This document shows, piece by piece, positions 58,404-64,000 of a DNA stretch of 64,000 bases. The DNA lies in the NCBI GenBank assembly GCA_001602415.1, contig CP012155.1, forward strand, positions 1,718,718-1,782,717, written 5' to 3'. The stretch's first letter is position 1, and every line of letters begins with the position of its first letter. A program made the position numbers and the translations under genes. The notes below the pieces were generated by a model that searched no databases, was not told the origin of the DNA, and saw only the letters and a list, made by a program, of their open reading frames with translations. This DNA comes from Bacteroidetes bacterium UKL13-3 (lineage in GTDB: Bacteria > Bacteroidota > Bacteroidia > UKL13-3).

Positions 58404-60107
58404 TTATTTAGCGACTTTGGTTTTCGGGAAACACAGTGCAATAAACACAACCAATAAACAACCAATAACATTCAACCACAAGAACGAAACAATATCGGCC
58501 ACATAAACTGTAATTACACCAGCTTCGGCCATTATGGCTGCATAAAAAACGGCTTTGCTTCCTACATTCTTGAGATAAAATGCTACAACAAATATGCCCA
58601 ACATGGTTCCATAAAAAAGACTTCCCAATATGTTCACGGCCTCAATTAAACTTCCCAACTGAGAGGCAAACATGGCTGTTGCAATACAAAACAATCCCCA
58701 AAATAAGGTAATCCATTTTGATGCTATGTAATAATGAATATCAGTTCGGTTAGGAACCCACATACGTTTATACAAATCGATAACGGTTGAAGATGCCAGT
58801 GAATTCAATGCTGCAGCAATGCTTCCCCAAGCAGCTAAAAAGATTACTGCTATCAACAACCCAATTAATCCTTTGGGCAAATGATGCACCACAAAATATA
58901 AAAAAATGTAGTTGGTATCATTTACATCGGCTGTTTTATCAGCTTGTTTAATAAGTGCAATGGCTTGTTTGCGGGTTTGCTGTTTGGCTTTTTCAGTCGC
59001 CTGCAAGGATTGTTTGGCGCTTTCGGTTTGTTGTTCGTTGTGGCTGTGAATGGCATCTACCAGCAATGTTGCTTGTTGCTGCGATAGGTTATTCAATGAA
59101 TCTTGTTGTGTTTGCAGCGTGATCAAGTCGTTTTTGTATACGCTATTCTCTACTTTTTCTAATTGTTTTTGGTTAAAGAAAACAGGGGATTTATAGAATA
59201 CGTAAAACGAAAACACTAACGCTCCAATCAACAAAATCAGAAACTGCATAGGTACTTTTACGAGTCCGTTCATCAATAAGCCCATCCGATTTTCTTTAAT
59301 ATTTTTGGCTGTGAGGTAACGTCCTACCTGACTTTGGTCGGTTCCAAAATAGGAGAGTGCCAAAAAGAAACCACCAATCAATCCGCTCCAGATATTGTAT
59401 TTATCTTTCCACCAATGGCTATCGGTTATATCAATTTTGGTTTCAATGATATTGAGTTTTCCCATCTTCCCTGCCACTTGCAATGCATCTGTAAAACCAA
59501 CATTATCGGGCAACAAATGCACAACCATGTATCCGGCTAAAAACATCCCCACAAACACAATAAAGAGTTGTTGCATCTGAGTATACGCAACCGCTTTGGC
59601 ACCACCGGTAATGGTGTAAATAATAAGCAAGCCGCCCATCACAATATTGGTGAGGTAAATATTCCAACCCAACAATGAAGATAAAATAATTGATGGAGCA
59701 TAAATACTGATTCCTGTTGAGAGTCCGCGCGAAATCAAAAACAATGAGGAAGTAAGTGCACGTGTTCTTAAATCAAAACGTTGCTCTAAATATTCATAAG
59801 CTGTATATACTTTGAGTTTATGAAAAATAGGCACAAACGTAATGCACAACACAACCATAGCTATTGGTAACCCAAAATAATATTGCACGAATCGCATGCC
59901 ATCGGTATACGCTTGTCCGGGTGCCGAAAGAAAGGTGATTGCGCTGGCCTGGGTTCCCATGATAGATAACAAAATCAGAAACCAACTCATGGAGTTATTA
60001 CTTTTAAAATAACTGTCTAAGTTTTTTTCATGTGTGCTTTTATACACACCATAACAGATAACGGCAATAAGCGTTGTAACCAATACAATCCAATCGATAC
60101 TGCTCAT
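58404..60107 (-). CDS. sodium:solute symporter family (SSS) transporter
   Basis: 567 aa, polytopic; N-terminal region typical of SSS/SglT-like carriers. Confidence 0.85.
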   Translation of the reverse strand: MSSIDWIVLVTTLIAVICYGVYKSTHEKNLDSYFKSNNSMSWFLILLSIMGTQASAITFLSAPGQAYTDGMRFVQYYFGLPIAMVVLCITFVPIFHKLKVYTAYEYLEQRFDLRTRALTSSLFLISRGLSTGISIYAPSIILSSLLGWNIYLTNIVMGGLLIIYTITGGAKAVAYTQMQQLFIVFVGMFLAGYMVVHLLPDNVGFTDALQVAGKMGKLNIIETKIDITDSHWWKDKYNIWSGLIGGFFLALSYFGTDQSQVGRYLTAKNIKENRMGLLMNGLVKVPMQFLILLIGALVFSFYVFYKSPVFFNQKQLEKVENSVYKNDLITLQTQQDSLNNLSQQQATLLVDAIHSHNEQQTESAKQSLQATEKAKQQTRKQAIALIKQADKTADVNDTNYIFLYFVVHHLPKGLIGLLIAVIFLAAWGSIAAALNSLASSTVIDLYKRMWVPNRTDIHYYIASKWITLFWGLFCIATAMFASQLGSLIEAVNILGSLFYGTMLGIFVVAFYLKNVGSKAVFYAAIMAEAGVITVYVADIVSFLWLNVIGCLLVVFIALCFPKTKVAK

Positions 60108-60205
60108 GAGAAATACGTTGTAAATACATAAAACAAAATAACCTCCAGCACCAATGCACTGATAACGGCTATATACCAGTTATTGAAATTTTCGTGTTTA
60201 TCCAT
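60104..60205 (-). CDS. 33-aa single-TM peptide ORF (MDKHENFNNWYIAVISALVLEVILFYVFTTYFS) whose TGA overlaps the symporter ATG
   Basis: Manual translation. ATGA start/stop overlap with the SSS gene suggests translational coupling. Confidence 0.3.
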   Translation of the reverse strand: MDKHENFNNWYIAVISALVLEVILFYVFTTYFS

Positions 60206-60283
60206 TGTTCTAATTTTAACTGCAAAGACGGAGAAACGCAAGGGATTTACTCTTTGGGTCTTAGCGCCTTTGCGGTAGTAATT

Positions 60284-62875
60284 TTATTTTCCGAGTTCAA
60301 TCAGGTTTACCATTAACCGATAAGCTCCGGGCACGCCTGCGGGGAGTTCACGAAAAAACACCAATCCTGAGTAGATGAAGTTCCCTTTACCGTGTTTAGC
60401 TATAATCAATGCACCATTATCCGGATTGCCTTTAGGAGATACTCCGCCTATTGTCATTTCAAAAGGGTCGGTCATGCTGATAGGAGCCACATAATTGCTG
60501 TCCCATTCACCAGCATGGTAGATGCTTCGTTCCTGAATCCAACCTTCAAAATCTTTCTCCGTGATTTTGTTCGGAGAGTTTAATATGGGATGATTGGGCA
60601 ATAAGAAATCAACCTTGGCTGTTTCATCCGTTATACGGTTGCGTGTAATTTTAAACTTATACGGACCAATATCACTGCTTAGCGGACCTGCCCAGCTATT
60701 GGTATTGTATTGCACAATGAGGTTACCGCCACTGCTTACATACTCCATTAATTTTTGCTTGAAGGACGGAAGTTTTTCTTTGGTGTTGTATGCGCGCACT
60801 CCTGTGAGTATGGCATCATACTGACTTAGATTTTCGCTTGCCAGTTTATCATCGCTTAAGGTAATCACTTCATATCCCAACTGACTTAAGCATGCTTGCA
60901 CTTCATCACCTGCACCCGGAATGTACCCAATTCGTTTACTTTTTTTGGCCAAATCTAACTTCACCAGTTTTACTTCCGCTTCCGGGAATAAGGTTTGAAT
61001 CGGAATATGATCGTATTTAATTTCTTTGATGCCTTTGGTGTAGGTTTGGCCATCGACTATTGCAGATAGGTTGATGAATTGATTAGTTGATTGGGTTGGT
61101 GCATCGATGTAAAATACAAATTCTTTTTCTTGACCTTTCTTATCTAGTTGGAAATTGTAAGCCAATGGGGAAATATTGAATGAGGTTAATTTAGCCAAAG
61201 CAAATTGCGGATTGATTTTGTCTTCTTCAACGACAATCTTGGTATTTAATTGGTTGGGTGAGGTAAACTTCAATATGCCACTTACACTGTCTTTACCTGA
61301 TTTTACAGTAACCTTCAATGTTTTCTGCTTACCGCTTCCGTCAAACACTAACACATCTTCTGCCACATTAATCATCACCGGTGGGGTAATGACTACCGGG
61401 CGGTATTGTTCTCCTTTTTCGGGGTCGACCCATTTGTACTGGAATTGAAACGGTATGAGTTGATCGTGGAGTAAAAGGGTTCCAGAACTATTAAAAAACA
61501 CCTCAGGTGAACTTTTTGAAAACAATTCACTGGTCTCAAACATGCTGTTTTTAATAGGTTTTTGAAGGTAGTAAGGTTGAGATATTGTATTATCTTTTCC
61601 ATATACGGAGTTAAAAGAGCATGATATTAATTCATTTTTTTTGAGCGTGATGTTAAGGGTAGTATCAAAGGGATTAAAACTATTCACCAAATTTCCAGCA
61701 AATTGAAGGGACTTTATTTTACTTTTTTCATTTTTTCGGGAAACGATTGCCAGCGATAATTTTTGTTTACTCCCCAATGAAATGTTCGGTTCCGATACTG
61801 TTGCATCAATAACAAATCCTTTGAGGTTTGAGTAGAGATTGTTTGCCAATATCATCTTATGAATATACACAATACCATTCATTTTTTGCAACTCGGTCAT
61901 TACTTTGCTGAAACTCTCAACACTTTGGTTGGGGTTTTCAACCTTATACTCTTTGATGATTTTGGTAATCATATTACCGACTTTTGCACCTCCTACGGTC
62001 CGTTTCCAACTAAAATCAATTCCGTCAAAAATGTCTTTCAATCCGGCTGTATCGCCCTTAACCGGTTTAAAGTATTCGAAATTTTCTCCCCGTTGTTTGG
62101 CACTTCCAAATCCCTGGCTTTTGTGCATACTGCGGCTTTCTGCTGCTATTTCGCCATAACTTTTTCCTAATAATGGGTTGTATCCACCCACATCCAATTT
62201 GATGAGTTTGCTTAAATCGGCATTCGGATTAAAGTAACGTGCGGTGCTGTTGTAAAAGAGTCTGCGGGTTTTCCATACGCTAACATATTGCAATTGTTCA
62301 GGGAATCGGTTTGGATCAGCAGCTGCATCAAACGCCTCTTCCGCTAAAATAGCAGAGGTGGTGTGATGGCCATGTCCGCCACTGCCATCGGTTGCAAAAC
62401 GGGTAATGATAATATCGGGACGGAAGTTGCGGATTACCCAAACCATATCGCTCAGAATAGAATCTTTGTTCCATTTTTGTAAGGTCTCCTCAGGTGATTT
62501 GCTGAAGCCAAAATCGTAGGCACGGGTAAAAAACTGCTCACCACCATCTATTCTACGGGCAGCTAGTAACTCCTGTGTGCGAATAACACCCAATTCAATG
62601 CCTTGTTCGGGACCAATGAGGTTTTGTCCACCATCACCACGGGTAAGGCTTAAATAGCCGGTACGTAAACATTTTTCGTTGGCCAAATAAGCAATGAGTC
62701 GTGTGTTTTCATCATCGGGATGTGCTGCAATGTATAATACCGAACCAACAGTGTTTAGCTTTTTAAACTGCAATAATATCTCACTGGAAGTATAGGAGCG
62801 TGGAGGCTGCGCGTTAGTAATGAAGAATGAAGAATGAAGAATGAAGAATAGAAATAAGACAATTCGTTTGAGCAT
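60284..62875 (-). CDS. LmbE/PIG-L-family deacetylase with large C-terminal (ThuA/GATase1-like) domain, secreted
   Basis: Signal peptide; PIG-L motif AHPDDE and the HGHHT Zn-ligand region; 863 aa. Confidence 0.7.
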   Translation of the reverse strand: MLKRIVLFLFFILHSSFFITNAQPPRSYTSSEILLQFKKLNTVGSVLYIAAHPDDENTRLIAYLANEKCLRTGYLSLTRGDGGQNLIGPEQGIELGVIRTQELLAARRIDGGEQFFTRAYDFGFSKSPEETLQKWNKDSILSDMVWVIRNFRPDIIITRFATDGSGGHGHHTTSAILAEEAFDAAADPNRFPEQLQYVSVWKTRRLFYNSTARYFNPNADLSKLIKLDVGGYNPLLGKSYGEIAAESRSMHKSQGFGSAKQRGENFEYFKPVKGDTAGLKDIFDGIDFSWKRTVGGAKVGNMITKIIKEYKVENPNQSVESFSKVMTELQKMNGIVYIHKMILANNLYSNLKGFVIDATVSEPNISLGSKQKLSLAIVSRKNEKSKIKSLQFAGNLVNSFNPFDTTLNITLKKNELISCSFNSVYGKDNTISQPYYLQKPIKNSMFETSELFSKSSPEVFFNSSGTLLLHDQLIPFQFQYKWVDPEKGEQYRPVVITPPVMINVAEDVLVFDGSGKQKTLKVTVKSGKDSVSGILKFTSPNQLNTKIVVEEDKINPQFALAKLTSFNISPLAYNFQLDKKGQEKEFVFYIDAPTQSTNQFINLSAIVDGQTYTKGIKEIKYDHIPIQTLFPEAEVKLVKLDLAKKSKRIGYIPGAGDEVQACLSQLGYEVITLSDDKLASENLSQYDAILTGVRAYNTKEKLPSFKQKLMEYVSSGGNLIVQYNTNSWAGPLSSDIGPYKFKITRNRITDETAKVDFLLPNHPILNSPNKITEKDFEGWIQERSIYHAGEWDSNYVAPISMTDPFEMTIGGVSPKGNPDNGALIIAKHGKGNFIYSGLVFFRELPAGVPGAYRLMVNLIELGK
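62819..62850 (-). repeat. heptanucleotide tandem repeat (AATGAAG on plus, CTTCATT on coding strand) x 4.5 inside the signal-peptide codons
   Basis: Directly visible: aatgaagaatgaagaatgaagaatgaagaata. Encodes the hydrophobic core FILHSSFFI of the signal peptide. Confidence 0.85.
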
Positions 62876-62969
62876 ATTTTAAATAGTATTACATAAGGGA
62901 TGAGCAACGAAAATCGTTTTTTTTAATTAGCAGGCAAACGAAAACTTATTCAGAGGTTTTGAACCTATA

Positions 62970-64000
62970 TCAGCGGGCAACCAACATGTTTTTCATTACT
63001 TGTGCACTTCCTTGTAGTATTTGGTAATAGTATAAACCAATAGCAAGGTGTGAAGTATTGATGGTAACGCTAGATGTTCCATCGGTGAAGGTTGCCTCTT
63101 TAAGCACCTTCAGTAGTTTACCTGTTGAGTCGTATAAAGCCACCCTAACCAAACCACCACTGCTATTAAATTGTATGGTTGTATATTCATTACAAGGATT
63201 TGGGTAATTGCTCACACTTTCGGGATTTAACAAATCGCGTTCACTTATACCTGTTGCGCTGGTATTAATCACATTCAACGTAGGATAAGGTTTAAGCATG
63301 GTATTGTTCAATTCCACATTTGTTACACCAAACCAGTTTTTCAAAACAGTGCTGTATACCGAGCGGAAATCGTATTGCATCGGAATATTATCATTAACGG
63401 TAGCACTTCCTGGTATAATAGGGTTAGTCCCCAGCAAACCACCATTTACTTGTGTTCCAAATAAAAACAAAGGAGCCGCAGCACCATGGTCGGTTCCAAG
63501 ACTATCATTTGAAATAATTCTTCTACCAAATTCACTGAAGGTCATTCCTAGAACTCTATCGGCAATATTCAGTTTCTTTAAATCATCTTGAAATGCATTA
63601 ACAGCTACCGAAATTTGCGACAATAGTTTGGCATGGTTTCCGGTATCGGTGGCTCCAGAAACAACCTGCTGTGCATGTGTATCAAAACCGCCTAGACTAA
63701 CCATATAAACCTTTGTTTTGAGTCCACCTGCAATCAGTTGTGCAACAATTTTTAATTGATCGGATAACGAGTTTTGTCCGGCAGTAGGATACAGGGTTGA
63801 CAAATTAGCGGCTTTACCCGCAGCAGCTTTAATTACTGCTGAGTATTGTTGGGTTTGTTGGGCTACTAATCGTAAAAAAGTGAGTTCATGACCCGCAGGA
63901 GTATTAGGCGCAGGATCAACAGTGCCTGAAACAAATTGATAAAAAGAATTGGGATCAGTGATGCTCATGGCCAAAGAAGCATCAGCTCCTTGAAAAGCCG
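62970..64000 (-). CDS. DUF1501-family (sulfatase-like) protein with T9SS type-A C-terminal sorting domain; 5' end outside the window
   Basis: GGFDTH and DHG motifs of DUF1501. C-terminus LYDSTGKLLKV...GLYYYQILQGSAQVMKNMLVAR is a T9SS CTD. The reading frame stays open to the window edge (the listed M is a TTG). Confidence 0.7.
   Translation of the reverse strand, partial: AFQGADASLAMSITDPNSFYQFVSGTVDPAPNTPAGHELTFLRLVAQQTQQYSAVIKAAAGKAANLSTLYPTAGQNSLSDQLKIVAQLIAGGLKTKVYMVSLGGFDTHAQQVVSGATDTGNHAKLLSQISVAVNAFQDDLKKLNIADRVLGMTFSEFGRRIISNDSLGTDHGAAAPLFLFGTQVNGGLLGTNPIIPGSATVNDNIPMQYDFRSVYSTVLKNWFGVTNVELNNTMLKPYPTLNVINTSATGISERDLLNPESVSNYPNPCNEYTTIQFNSSGGLVRVALYDSTGKLLKVLKEATFTDGTSSVTINTSHLAIGLYYYQILQGSAQVMKNMLVAR

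Noticed and set aside
1-64000. tRNA, rRNA and tmRNA genes
   Set aside because: I scanned for GTTCGAATC/TTCGA T-loop contexts and cloverleaf-like GC-rich about 75-nt islands in the intergenic regions, and found none convincing.

Overview
AT-rich (~38-40% GC) Bacteroidota chromosomal segment. The phylum call rests on T9SS type-A and type-B C-terminal sorting domains, ECF sigma/anti-sigma pairs, a PadR-PspC module, DUF2911 and gliding-type PKD adhesins. Most genes are housekeeping or envelope genes: TonB-ExbB-ExbD, msrA, rnz, uvrA, lgt, mtaB, prfC, two DEAD-box helicases, rsmB/rsmF paralogs, ribBA, LptF/G, and a GT2/ArnT-like/PAP2 lipid-modification set. Three insertion sequences of different families (IS982, IS1182-like, IS30) are resolvable with terminal inverted repeats; all sit in intergenic DNA. 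I found no rRNA, tRNA or CRISPR array. The most unusual signals are two perfect heptanucleotide tandem repeats. One is about 19.6 copies of CAAACAG ending 2 nt before the start codon of a lipoprotein gene encoding a c-type-heme/copper-monooxygenase-like protein. The other is 4.5 copies of AATGAAG (plus strand) inside the signal-peptide codons of an 863-aa LmbE-like gene. Both look like slipped-strand phase-variation switches. Other points of interest are a decaying SulP-STAS/beta-carbonic-anhydrase fusion gene (one frameshift and two in-frame stops); a two-gene cassette of a 50-aa ORF plus a small nucleotidyltransferase-fold protein (candidate toxin-antitoxin or defence module); two dispersed intergenic motif families; and a 33-aa membrane peptide ORF translationally coupled to a sodium:solute symporter. 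I did not recognise a large novel multigene system. Everything here is inferred from reading the sequence and from remembered family signatures; no searches were run.
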